Shown: positions 40,571-55,065 of the stretch, one piece after another
Numbering within the stretch: position 1 is the first letter of the stretch
Layout: every line of letters starts with the position of its first letter
DNA from: Vicugna vicugna
Lineage: Eukaryota
Assembly: GCA_013265495.1 (NCBI GenBank)
Contig: MU057398.1
Coordinates: 186,001 to 250,000, forward strand
Direction: 5' to 3'
DNA length: 64,000 nucleotides
Notes under the pieces: generated by a model
Databases searched by the model: none
What the model was told of the DNA's origin: nothing
The model's input: only the letters and a program-made list of their open reading frames with translations
Position numbers and translations under genes: made by a program

Positions 40571-43500
40571 AAACCTGCTCTTTCTTCTACACCTGCCACT
40601 GACTATCCCTCACTGGCCTCATCCCTGTCTCCGGCTTTGGGGAGAACCAGCCCTCGAGGGGGACGGGATGCCATACCCTGTCTTCTGATTCCTTCTGGAG
40701 ATTCTTCTTTTGGGGTCTTTGCCCCAAAGCCGGCAGGTTGGGGGCCCCCAGTTCTGTGTAAGGGCAGCTTCCCTCACATGGTCCGTCCCGAAAGGTTTTG
40801 GGATGTGGGTGCTAGGGTTGGCAGAGTGGCCTGCCTGGGTAGAAATGGGGCTGGAGGGACAGGGACCAGCCACCCTGTCTTGGGAGAGTGCTGCCGGGGT
40901 CTCGTGCCCACCCTCGGTGAGGTGCTGAGGGTCCCAGGCCAGCACAGCAGCTGGGGAAGTGAAGGTCACATGGCCAGAGGTGGAGGGCTCCCAAATGGAA
41001 GGGACATCCCGGGCCAGAAGAAGCTGAGATGGGGTGGGCTCTCCCTCCAAGGGAGAGCAGTGCAGAGGGACAGGTGGCTTCCAAGAGCCCAGCTCTGTGT
41101 CCACCCTGGCCTCCTTGGCACATAGCTATCCTGCTGCCTCCTTTTGCCACTGCTCTGAGCCCCAGCATGGCCAGCGTCCCTCCAGTCCTTGGAACAAGGC
41201 TTAGAAAGCTACAGAGCTGCCCCTGACCTCCCCCCAGCCCCTACCCATCAAGACCCCATTCCCTTCCATGTCTCAGGCCTGTATCTGCTCCCAACTCACC
41301 TTGCTCTGACCTGGGTCTCCCCTCAGGCCACTCCTGTGATCACACCAAGTGAGGGATGATGTTTTCTAGCTGCGCACTTGACCTCTGAGTGAACCCCCTG
41401 GGCCCGCTAGAAGGGGCAATGAGACGCTGGGGCTGCTGAGCTGAGCAGGGGATGGAGGGGTGCTGGTCACCAGCTCCACCTCAGTCAGTCACCTGGAGAG
41501 CAGGTGGGATCGGTCTGCCAGCCCCAGCAACACAGGGACAGATCAACATCAGGAAGGAGGCACTAGTGTCCCCAGCCCTGGGCCACCGTGCTGCTGGAGG
41601 CGGTGGAGGGAGGAGATTGATGAGTCGCTGTGGCCTAGAAGCTTCCATGGGCACCACCTCCTAGCAGCCTGGGCCCAGCTTCTCGGCAAGGGCTTCTCCC
41701 TGCTCCTGGCTGGCCAGGCCTGCCCCTCACAGCCTGCCAGCACTGGTGGACGCTTGTCTACCTTTGCCACACCAGTGCCTCTTCCCTGCAGGGCTCAGCC
41801 CAGTGTCTCCACAGTGAGCACCCTGGGGCCCACCGGAGGGCAAGTGGGTGGGTAGGCAGGCCCTGGCCTCGTCTGGGCCGGACTGGAGTCCCTGGTGGCC
41901 CTCCAGCAACACCCTGATGGCTGGCTGTCAGGGCGCCCCTCCACATTCGTTTCCAGGCTCCTCTCCTCCCTCCAGGTCCGTTAAATGTCAGTGCCCTTCA
42001 GGACTCGGTCCTAGGCCTATCCTCTCCAACCTTGACAAGACCCCTCCTCCCCCTCCCCAGCCCCCGGCCCGGGCCCCTCTCTCCGCCTTGCTGCGCTACT
42101 TGTGAGTCAGAGGAGGCGCCCCACCAGCCGGCTTCCTGGAATGAGGGGACCCTGAGGGGCCCTGGACGGGGAGCAGAGCTGACCAGGCACCCACGACCCC
42201 TCACCAAGGTCTCGGCCCAAAGGCCGCGGGCCCCTGTAGAAAGAGGAAAGTGGCCACACCCAGTATCTCCCTCTTGCTCCAACCCTCGCCCTCACCGCCT
42301 CCTGATCCTTGTCTAAGGGCTCAACGCTCCCTGCCCACAAGGGTCACCGCTGCCCACCCCCACCTATTTCTTGCCTTTTGGCCTTTCCTAGTCATCCTTC
42401 TCCTTGGGGTTACCTCTTACCCTTCCTCCTCTTTTCAGGCCAGGCCCAGCCCTCCTCTGGCAACACCATCTCACTGTGCTGTATTGTCACCCTGTGTCTG
42501 CAGGTGTCTCCCCTCCTCACCCTGGAAGTGTCCTTCACCTCCGAACCCCCTCTACAGGGCCAAACCCACACCCTACTGGGGCTGAGAGGGCCTCTCCCTC
42601 CTCCCTTGGGCCCCCAGACCAGGCCCCCTGTCTGGGAGCTGCCTGGCCCCCATCTGTGTTCCTGGATCCTGAGTGACATGAGCTGCCGGGTGGTGGCTGA
42701 CAAGCCAGCTTCCTGCCCCGGGGTGGTCATCTGCCAATGCGTATGTGGCCCTCGGGAGAGCTGCTCAAACTGCTTTCCCAGGCCCCTCACCTGTCGGGTC
42801 TCCTGGACCCTCCCAGGGTTGCAGTCCTTCCGGGCTTTGGAAGCCAGAAGCACGGCCAGCACTGTTGACCTTGGCCTTGGGAAGCCAGTCACTGCCATCA
42901 TCCTGAGCACCAAGCCACAGGCTTTATGGTGCCCGAGCACTAGCATGAAGGAGTCCCGGCACAGGTCCGCCTGGAGCCCAGCCCGTCCCGTGGCCCTGCC
43001 ACTCCCTCCCCATCCAGTGCCCTAGGTGCCCAGTGCCCAGCCAGCGTCCTGAGCCTGGCAGATCCCTAGAGTCTGGCTCCCTCATTCCTCTAAAGCGCAC
43101 CCAGAGCCAACCGCCGGCCATGCTGCCCAGAAAGCTCATCTCTAGACCGCCAGGGGTTAGGAACCACCTAGGTAAACCCCTCGCGGTGGTTCTGCGGGGA
43201 CTGCACATCCTGACCAGGGGTCCCTGTTTAAGGCAGCAGAGCTGGGACTGGACACCTGGCAGTTCTCATTACTCATGGTGGTGGCCCTTCCAGAAACCTC
43301 CCACTGCCAGCCACACGTGACCCAGGGTCTGTCCAGGACTGGCTTCAGGGGTTCGCTGGAGGGCTAGGGACAAGGCTAATGGGAAGCCCAGTGTGCTTGT
43401 GGCCCCCACTTGCCAGGAGGTGGCGAAGGGCCCTCTTTCCTCTCTCTCTCCCCTTTCCCTGTGCTCACTGGCTGCACTGTCTGTGCCCTGCTGTCCTGTG

Positions 43501-43577
43501 TGTGTGTCCACGTGCATGTGCCAGGGCCACGTGGGTGTTCTCAAGTCTCCGTGTCTGTCATTCCTCTTCCGTTGTAG

Positions 43578-43619
43578 GCAAGCAACAGGATGGGGCGATG
43601 GAGAGTAGCCAGACCAAAG
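43578..43619 (+). CDS. ATP2B3: PMCA3 42-nt splice-site-A cassette exon (x versus z variants)
   Basis: ttgtag|GCAAGCAACAGGATGGGGCGATGGAGAGTAGCCAGACCAAAG|gtaatg; KQQDGAMESSQTK; symmetric phase 1-1. Confidence 0.93.
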
Positions 43620-44773
43620 GTAATGCGCGCCCTGTGCTCAGGGTGGGGGGCAGAGGGGATGGCACAGGGTGGGGGACCGCCCGCCTCAGTTGCAGGAGCA
43701 GCACCAAGAGGTCAGGTGAGTGGGGTGGGGCAGCCTGTCTGCAGACCCTGCTGGACGCAGCAGAGTTGGCCTGTGAGCTGGCATCCTGGGGCCGAGACTG
43801 AGGCTCAGGAAGGGCAACTTGCCCCAGGGGCCGGGGGCTCGCCTGGGGCACAGACTGGCAGTTGGCAGGTAGAGGCTAGAGTGGCCCAGCTGAGTGGGGC
43901 TTTGAGTGTTGCTGAGGCTGTGGCCTGAGGCTGTGGCAAGCAGCAGCTGTTGGTGAGTGGTCTCAGGGGAGAAGGGGTGGGTAAGCAGATGGGAACAAGA
44001 GGGGGCAGCTGACACAGGAGGCTTGCAGAGGCACCAGGAACCCCATTGGGTGGGGACAAGGACGAGTGGCAGGGTTGAGTGTCCCCTCCAGGTAGGGGAT
44101 GGAGAAAATTACGCAGGGCAGTGTAGTTGGAGGCCCGGCAGGCCGTGGTGTGTGTGAGGTGACGGAGGGGACAGAGACAGGGTGGGGGACACACCACCAC
44201 CACAGGAGGGCCCACCAGGGGAGCTGTGAGGGGGAGAGGCAGCTAGGGAGGAGTAGTGAAGGCTCCATGAAGAGAGAGAGGTGCAATGCTTGCCCACTGG
44301 TAAATGGGGAGTAGGCTGAGGAGGGTGCATGGGGTGAGCCCAGGCCCTGACGTGTCTACTCAAGGGGCGGGCAAGAAAAGAGACAGCCTGAGCAAGGAGC
44401 AGAGGAGGAGAGTGCAGGGACTCCTGGGCCTCCCTGAGGGGAGCAGGGATGTGGCTTGGACACCAGCGGGCCAATGAGTCAGCTCAGGGTTCTGGAACGT
44501 TCCATGGGCTCCAGACCTATGCTTTCAGGTATTGAGATTTGGGGTGTTACAGGACTGGCCACGCTGTCTGTGTGCCCAAGTCACTGGTGCTTGTGTCTGT
44601 CCCCTCTTTCCCTGCAAGGCTCCAAGAGAACCATCTCTGTCCTGCTCAGGACAGCGCCGGAGCCACTGCCCACCTCAGGAGGGCCTGGGCTGACAGGACA
44701 GGAGGGAGAGGACAAAGCCCTCATTTCCTCTTGGATGGTGTGGCATGTCTTTCCCTCTGAAAGCCCCTTGTAG

Positions 44774-45061
<288 letters not shown>

Positions 45062-45064
45062 TGA

Positions 45065-45604
<540 letters not shown>

Positions 45605-46215
45605 TAATACTGGGATACAGACCCAGGAACTGGGGACAAAGCCATTAAGCAACTTGTAAGAAATGAGGACCAGATAAAGTTTGGGGTCACTCAGGGAAGA
45701 GTGGGAAGGCTAAGCAGGGACACAGAGCCGGGCTTGGACACCATTCCCCACCTGGCTTCCTGGGCACAGTGAGATGAGCTGGCTTCTGCAGGATGAGGGC
45801 GGGAGAACTGAGGGGGAAGGGAGTTGAGGTGGGAACAGAGAGGAAGGGTGACCACTGGGAGACACTGGGCAGAGCATGGCAGAGATCGGGTGGGCAGGGA
45901 AGCCACGGGGCCTGTAGGTGACCGAAGAGGGGTCTGTGACATCATCCTGGGCAGTGGGGAGGCCCCAGTGGAGCTCCAGGGAGAGCAGCTGCCCAGATTC
46001 CATTGCTTGGCCTGTCTGTTGAGAGCCCTTACACCTTATAGCCTGCTGCCTAGCTTTGCCCGCCACCCTGCTCCCTTTCCAAGCTGTACCCTTGGGCACT
46101 GCTGTTGGCCCAGTGGTGGGGGTGCGTGCCTGCTGACCGAGGCTCCCCGGGCTGTTAGTGCTGCTCGGAGAGCTGGCTGGGCCAAGCACAATCATACATG
46201 ATGCTGTACTGATGA

Positions 46216-46551
<336 letters not shown>

Positions 46552-46872
46552 TGAGCGGCAGGCGGGCTGAGGTGGGGATGCGATGGGGGAGGGGGCCTGG
46601 CCAAGCCATGGCCTGAACTATCACCATGGGCTCACTAAGCTCTCTTAAGAACTTTCGCCCAGAGCTACAGTCATTTCCAGGGTGCTGGTCACCCTCCTCA
46701 TCCCTGGACACTGGGCAGGGCTTGCAGGTTCTAGAACACTTCCCAGCCTGGTGCACTGTGGGAAACCTCCTGGTCGAGTCCGGGCTGGAGGCCTGCCTGG
46801 CTCCCTGCCTCCACCCACAAAAGACGTGGTGGCTGAGGCTGGGCCAGAGCCCCAGGGACAGCAAGGGGGTAG

Positions 46873-47157
<285 letters not shown>

Positions 47158-47219
47158 TGAGTGGACGGCAGTACCGAGCCTGGGGCTGGGGACGCCAGGA
47201 GCTAGGGGCTTGCTAAAGG

Positions 47220-48285
47220 GTAGAATAGACATGACATAAAACTGGCCATTTTAATCACTTTAAAGTGGGCAGTTCAGTGGCATAAAGTGACATTCAGCAA
47301 CATTCACAAGGCTGTGCACCATCACCGCCATCCAGTCCCAGAACAAGTTCATCACCGCAAAGGAGATCCCATGCCCACAAAGCAGGCACCTCCCTCCCCA
47401 CTGCCCGGCCTCTGGCAGCCACCCGTCTGGTTTATGTCTCTGGATTCACCTGTTCTGGACATTTCTGGAATCATACAGTATGTGGTCACTGCACCTGGCT
47501 TCCTTCACTGAGCCTCACGTTTTCAAGGTTCATCCAAGTTGTCCCAGGGTTTCCTTCCTTTTTGTGGCTGAATAATGTTCTGTTGTATGGCTGGACCACA
47601 TTCTGTTTAGCCAGTCATCCACTGACAGACACTTGGGTTGTTCCCACCTTTGGGCTACTGTGAATCATGCCACTGTGAACATTCACGTGTAAGTTTTTGC
47701 TTGAACACATGTTTTCAGTTCTCATGGGTATATTCCTGAGAATAAAATTGCCAGGCTGTATGGTAATTCCATGTTTAAGTTTTTGAGGGACACCAAACTG
47801 TTTTCCACAGGGGCTGCCCCATGCTACATTCCCACCAGCAGTGGAGGATGGTTCCAACTCCTTATCTTCACCAACGTGTGTTGTTATCTGGGTTTTATTA
47901 TCATGAAGACAGTGGATGTGAAGTGGGGTCTCACGGTGGGTTTGATGTGCATTTCGCTGATGGCTAGTGATGTTGATGCCTTTTCATGCGCTTACTGGCC
48001 ATTTGTTTCTCTTCTTTGGAGGAGTATCTGCTCCAGCCTTTGCCCGTCTTTGATGTGAGTTGTTAGTCGTTTTACTGTTAAGCTGTAAGAGCTCTCGGTA
48101 TGTTCTGAATACTGGACTCTTAACACGTACCTGATTTGGAAGTGTTTTCTCCCATTCTGTAGGCTGTCATCTTATCACTCTCTTGAGAGATTTCTTTCTT
48201 CACTCTCTTGATTTGTCCTTGGATGCACAAATGTTTTCCAATGGTGAAGTCCAATTTATCTCTGTTTCTCTTTTGTTGCTTGCGT
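47220..48285 (-). mobile_element. L1 (L1MB-type) 3' portion, about 1.1 kb
   Basis: Typical antisense L1 3' motifs: ggaatcatacagtatgtgg, gacacttgggttgttcccac, tacattcccaccagcagt, tgcatttcgctgatggctagtgatgttga. Confidence 0.85.
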
Positions 48286-48437
48286 GGGGTTCCTTTTAGA
48301 GGTGATGAGAATGTTCTAAAGTTGCCTTTGGTGGTTGTAGCACGACTGTGAATGTACTGAAAGCCATTGCCTTGTAGGTTTTCAATGGGTGAATCATGTG
48401 CTCTGTGAATTATATCTCAGCAGAGCTGTTAGAAAAA
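48286..48437 (+). mobile_element. L1 (L1MB-type) extreme 3' end, sense orientation
   Basis: ggtgatgagaatgttctaaa...ctgtgaatgtact...gtgaattatatctca...aaaaa. Confidence 0.75.
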
Positions 48438-48869
48438 TGGAGGCAGGCGGCACGCAGGTCCACGTCCAGTGCCCCACCCCACAAGCCTGCTCAGCCTTCA
48501 CACCTCCCCTTGGCCTTGTCGTCTCTCTTCCCCAGTACTACAGCAGCCCCCATATGCCCTCTCCCACCCACCTGGCTCCCCATCCAAAATGCTTTTCCCC
48601 GAAAGTCTGCCCAGGTGCAGCCTCCCCAGCCCAGGGCAAAGGCCACCTCCTCCACTGGCCTCCACAGTAAGTTCCTGTCTTTCTTCACCAGCCTGTTCGG
48701 GGCCCTGTCCGTCCCTCTGCCACACTGGCCTCTGCAGCCTGCGGTTCCTTTGCTCCGTCCTCTTCTCCATCGGAGTCCTGCCAGCCCTCCCCGGCCTGGC
48801 CCCACTGTGGCTGCTGCCTCGCCGTCGCCCGGCCCCATGGCACTCAGTTTTGCTCATGTTCCACCTCTT

Positions 48870-49175
48870 GCCCTCAATCCCAGGGCCGTGCTCCCTCCAA
48901 ACCCTCCCTTGTCTCTTCCCACTCTGGTGGTGGCTGGCGGCTCTTGGCCTTCCTTAGCTCATAGATCCAGCTCTCCAGTCTCTGCCTCCATCATCACGTG
49001 GCCTCGTCCCTGTGTCTGTGTCTCTGTGTGTCCTCTTCTCTCTTTATAAAGACATCAGTCATTGGACCAAGGGCCTCTTCTTAACTTTGCAACAACTTCT
49101 TTACAAATAAGGTCACATGCTGAGGTCCCAGGAAGAACATGAATGCGGACGGCGGGTACCATGTTAGGCCCCGCC
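48870..49175. mobile_element. MLT1-type LTR relic
   Basis: ctccagtctctgcctccatcatcacgtggcct, ttataaagacatcagtcattgga, caaataaggtcacat.ctgaggt. Confidence 0.7.
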
Positions 49176-49273
49176 CAAGCCAAGTGCCTCCCCACTTGGA
49201 GAAGCCCCTCTGCTGTGTCAGGTGCAGGGCTCAACTCTCTGGCGCCAGCTCCTCTCATCCTGTCTCACCCCAG

Positions 49274-49508
49274 GTGCACCAACATCTTGAACAGCAGTGG
49301 CGAACTGCGCGGCTTCCGCCCTCGGGACCGGGACGACATGGTGAAGAAGATCATCGAGCCAATGGCTTGTGATGGCCTCCGCACCATCTGCATTGCCTAC
49401 CGGGACTTCTTGGCCACCCAGGAGCCTGACTGGGACAATGAAAACGAGGTGGTGGGCGACCTCACCTGCATAGCTGTCGTGGGCATCGAGGACCCTGTGC
49501 GGCCCGAG
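49274..49508 (+). CDS. ATP2B3: PMCA3 coding exon 11
   Basis: 235 bp; [45 protein letters not shown]...[11 protein letters not shown]. Confidence 0.97.
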
Positions 49509-49789
49509 GTAGCCAGAGCCCCTCTGGGAGGCCCGGCTTGTCCGGATGGGTGGAGGGGGAGCCCTGCTTCCCAAGTGGCCATAAAAATGCAAGGAGGGGA
49601 CCGCCCCTTTTTCCTGCCTTCCCAGCCACCACAGCACTCCCTGCCCAACTTTATAGGTGAAACAAACTGGCCACCCACCACAGTTGGAACTACTGGGTAA
49701 GGTGGGCGATGGCGGAGCACTGGACCTCCTTTGTCCTCGCGCCCTTGCACCCGCCCAGAGGCTCTGTCCTGCCTCCGCCAGATGAGAGA

Positions 49790-50420
49790 GGGTGGCAGTT
49801 AGAACCTCAGCCGTAGGACGGATGGATCAGAAGGGCTGGTGAGGGAGAGGGAGGAGCTGGGGAGAACTGGGTGAATGGTGCTGCCATAACTGGGCTTAGG
49901 GGGCTGGGGCAGGGGAGCAGAAGGTTGGGGTTGAGCAAGGTTTGGGACATCCCCACGGAAATGTGAACAGGTTAGGTGGCTGTAGGCATGGAGAGCTTGG
50001 TGCAAAGGTCCTGGCTGGAGAGAGGTTCTCCAGAAGCGTCTTTACGTGACTGACAGTCATGGGGTGCAGTTGAGCAGAGGTGGGAGGAGCCTGTGAAAGA
50101 AACTGCAAGGAAGGGGCCAGTCAGGGAAGGGAGACTGAGGAGCATGTGGCCAGAGCAAGAGGGTGGCTTAAGGCAGGTTGTGGCAGAGGCGGGCCCTGGA
50201 CGTTGGGACATCACCTTGCGATGGTGCTTGAGGGGCCAGTGTGTGGACACTTCACCCGAGCTTTCTGAAGAAGGAACAGAGACAGGGCAGAGGCTGGTCA
50301 GGGTACAGAGTGGAAGAGCGATGGGGAGGGTTATTGGTCCTTAAAGATATGAGACCTTTGAAGGAGGGAGAGCCTCGCGGGCGGGCCCTGGAGCGGGGAG
50401 CCAGGCAGCTGCAGGACACT
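49790..50420. mobile_element. L2 LINE relic (purine-rich)
   Basis: ggtgaatggtgctgccat, tttgggacat, ggagagaggt motifs resemble the L2 3' region. Similar relics occur near 43960-44400 and 62960-63860. Confidence 0.45.
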
Positions 50421-50421
50421 G

Positions 50422-50780
50422 GGCCCAGAGGGAGCGTGCAAGGCACCGAGGGTGCAGGTTGCGAGGCAGGGAAGGACCCTCTCTCTCCTCCCAGGGCCTC
50501 TCCGGTGGCGCCCACTCATGTCAGAAGCCGGACCACCTGGGTCCTGCGACTTAGCCTGAAAATGTATGTGTGGGGGGTGGGGCGTGGGGTAGGGGAGGGG
50601 AGGCCCAGAGGGAGCGTGCAAGGCACCGAGGGTGCAGGTTGCGAGGCAGGGAAGGACCCTCTCTCTCCTCCCAGGGCCTCTCCGGTGGCGCCCACTCATG
50701 TCAGAAGCCGGACCACCTGGGTCCTGCGACTTAGCCTGAAAATGTATGTGTGGGGGCTGGGGCGTGGGGTAGGGGAGGGG
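50422..50780 (+). repeat. Tandem duplication, period 180 bp, two copies
   Basis: 50422-50600 versus 50602-50780 differ only at 50577/50757 (g/c). Confidence 0.97.
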
Positions 50781-52648
50781 TGCTGAGACAAGGGGGAAGC
50801 TTCTCGGCTCTCCTGCAGGAGCCCCGCATTTATACACTGGGTCGGGTACCAGAGATCCTCAATTCAGAAGTCAATCCTTGCCGCAGCTAAACACCGGCCG
50901 TGGGTCATCAGTGACAGCATGCCCCCAAATTCCCCGGAGACGGGGACTTCGTGTGCAGAGAAGGGGCACCTGGAGTCAGCCCCGGGAGGAAGCAGATGGT
51001 GGCAAAGTTGAGGTGGAGAGACTTTGAGCCAGAGGAACAGGCCTGGAGAAGGCGGGGGTGGGGGGTTGGAGGAGCTGCCTGGGGGTGCTGCTGAGGTGAC
51101 AGGGCTGCCCCCAAGGACATAGGGACCGGCCTTTCCCTTTGTCGCACCAAGGAAAGACTGAGGCAGAGAGGCAGGCTGCGTCCATACAGCCAGCCAAGTC
51201 CTAGAGCCACGATGCCCTTATACAGACCCGATGGCCTCCCCTCTGGATAGAGCCTTTCACCCTCACCCCTACCCACAAATGGCTGCCAGCCCCACGTGGG
51301 GTTCTGTGCTGCTCCTTCTCAGAAGGCATCGACAGTGGCAGCTCTAGACTTTTCTACACAGTTTACTGGGGCTGAGGGAAGCTGCTGGAAGGCTGGAGCT
51401 CCTGTTGAATGTCTCACAAACCCAGGAAGACGACGTTCCCAGACTCCCAGGGCCATGGTCAAGGCCATTTCCTACCAGCTTCCCCTAATTTCTGGCATAA
51501 ATATTTGTTGCAAACTGAAGCTTGAGTCATAGATGTCAGCTTGGAGGCACAGGTGTATTCATAGATCTCCAAAACGGAACTGCAGCAGCCACCTTTCCAT
51601 CCTCTCATTTACAGAAGTGCCAATGAGGCTGGATGGGGTGGGGGTAAGATAGAACAGTCCAGAATAGCTGCACATGGGTGGGGCGAGGCCCAGCCCTTCT
51701 CCTGGTCAGTACTCTTCTCACTGTGAAGACCCAGCCACAGTGGCTGCCCCGGCAGGTGGAACCACAGGGTGGGACAGGCCTCGAGGCCAGGCAACGGGCC
51801 GCTCACTTAAGATCCAGAACCAGCTTTGTTAAAAGGGCCCAGGGCACAGGATAGCGCCTCTCTGGCTTCACAGTGGTTGAGTGAGAGTCTGGACGGCAGA
51901 TGACACCAACACGGCCCGGCTGGGGAAGCCCAGCAGACCCCATGGAGACTGGCTGGCTGGGTGGTGGCCAAGGAGGGACCCCAAGGGCCCAGCAGATCCT
52001 GGCCTCTGTTACACTTGCCAGGATGCTTAGGGGCATGGCACGGCTGCAGCTGGAGGAAGCCCTAGGGGGTGTCTGCCCTGGGGTGCCGCATGAGACCAGA
52101 GGCAGGCTGTATTTATGCCAGAGGGGTGCCGGGGCTCTGGCAGGCACTGCACTAGCTGCTGTGCTGTCTGCCCTCAGTCAGCAGGCAGGGACCAGGGCTG
52201 GGCCCAGGGGACAGCAGAGAGGCAGCTGAGTCAGGACAGTCGCCTGATGAGGGAGAGGGCACTGGTGGATGGCAGGAGCTTCCCACCACCTAGCTGGGAG
52301 GCCTGGGGCCTTGGGGACCAGAGAGGAAGCCATGCCTGGGCTGCACCTACACAAGATGAGCCAAGGCTGGGTTCCTTGTTCGCCGGGCTCAGGCTTATCA
52401 CGGCCACTTGGTGGCAGCAGAGGAGTGGCTTCCAGACACTTCAGAGCCAGGAGGAGGCTGCTGGAAGGGCAGTGTCTCCCTGGAGCTCATCACTCAGCAC
52501 CCCACAATCCGCACAGAGCAGAAAGAATCCCTGAGGCTGACAGCAAGGAGAGGTCTATGGGGGTGTGGGGTGCAAGACCCTCCTGGGGGCTTGGCCTTCT
52601 AGGCCACTTGGCAGTATTTGCTACAGGGATCATAGGGTCACTGTGTCA

Positions 52649-52798
52649 CAGCCCTGAAGTGGGGGTGCTCTGGCTGGGCCCGGGTCCCCCTCTTCCTCTC
52701 ACGCCCACTCTCTCCTTGGCTGAGATCACAGCCACTACCCCCGGCTTCAGGGGCCACCAGTGTGCCCGGACCTCCCAGACTGGGGTTCCCCTGCTGCC
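52649..52798 (-). repeat. 150-bp dispersed repeat, copy B (inverted relative to 12077-12226)
   Basis: Reverse complement matches 12077-12226 at 144/150. The ORF track also shows the shared peptide APEAGGxGCDLSQGESGxERKRGTRAQPEHPHFRA on opposite strands. Confidence 0.95.
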
Positions 52799-53934
52799 CG
52801 CCTGCCCTGGGGTCTCCCAGCTGCCCTACCTCCCACACCGCCTGGTTCTGGCTCCCCCAGCCACCGCACCCCCTGGGCTCCCAAGCCCGGCCACTCTTGC
52901 CGTCTGTCCTCGTGCCCAGACTGTCACTGGGGCTTCGGTCTCAGCCCAGTGGTGCTCACTGGGAGCCCGCAGGCGGGGGCGCTGGGCCCAGTGGACAGAG
53001 CAGGGAGCCGGGTCTCCCCAGGCTGTACCCCTTGTCGGGGCTGCATCTGGGCATCTCACAGGCCTAGGTCTGACCTCTTAATCCAAGTCCCTCAGCTCTG
53101 AGCCCGCTCCTTCTGCTGCTCTCCCCTCCGCACTCCTCAGGCACCGTCTGCCGGGCTCCCCTCCGCAGAGCCACCTCCTCACTGGGAATGGGAGTATCTC
53201 AGTTCTCTGGGACAATGCTGCCACTTCCTGGCTGGTCTCAGCTCCTTTCAGTGCATTTTGCACTCAGCACTAGAGGGGTCTTTTTCTTCTCCCTCTTCTG
53301 GAATCTAATATTATATTTGGAAAATGGAGGTGTGTGCTAAGTCATCAAAGCCACGTTCCATTTCCCCTAAATGAGCACCTTATCATGTAAAGCCTATGGC
53401 TCTAAATCTCTTAGGTTTTGTTTTGTTTTGTTTTTTTTCTTAAATGGCAGGGCTGGTAGCCGGGAGCCCACCCTGAGTCAGACCCCTGGAGGGCCCGGGC
53501 TGCAGCAGGGCCTGCTATCTGGCTGGGGAGCTGGGGCCAGTCCTGGCTCAGCTGCTCTGGGTCTCCATTTCCAAGTGGAAAACGGGGTTGAAAGAGCAGG
53601 GTGATTTCTCTGGTCAACCTTGGCCATGGCTCTGATGCAGCTCCTCAGCAGGGTAAAAGTTTCCAGTGGCTCCTCCCAGCCTTGCTCGTGATGGCAACGT
53701 CTGGATCTGAGTCGTCGCTGGTACCCTGACCCGACACAGTGAAGGAGGCACCTGGGAGAAGCAGGGTGGGGGACTGGGGAACTGAGGGAGGCACCTTGCT
53801 CCCTGCAGGCTAGGCTGACGGTGATGGCAGAGCAGACAGGCTACTTCTCTCCTCCAGGCCCCGTGCTGGGGGCAGGGTGCTGCAGATCCAGATAGAGCAA
53901 AGGGTACAGCCCGGACATGTGTGTCTGGCCTTGA

Positions 53935-55065
<1,131 letters not shown>

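Noticed and set aside
42439..42503. Second possible cryptic exon in the site-A intron (ttttcag|...CAG|gtgtct)
   Set aside because: It is 65 nt, so not frame-preserving, and the donor is weak.
50422..50780. Direct repeats as a CRISPR-like array
   Set aside because: Only two adjacent 180-bp copies with no spacers or cas genes, inside a mammalian intron.
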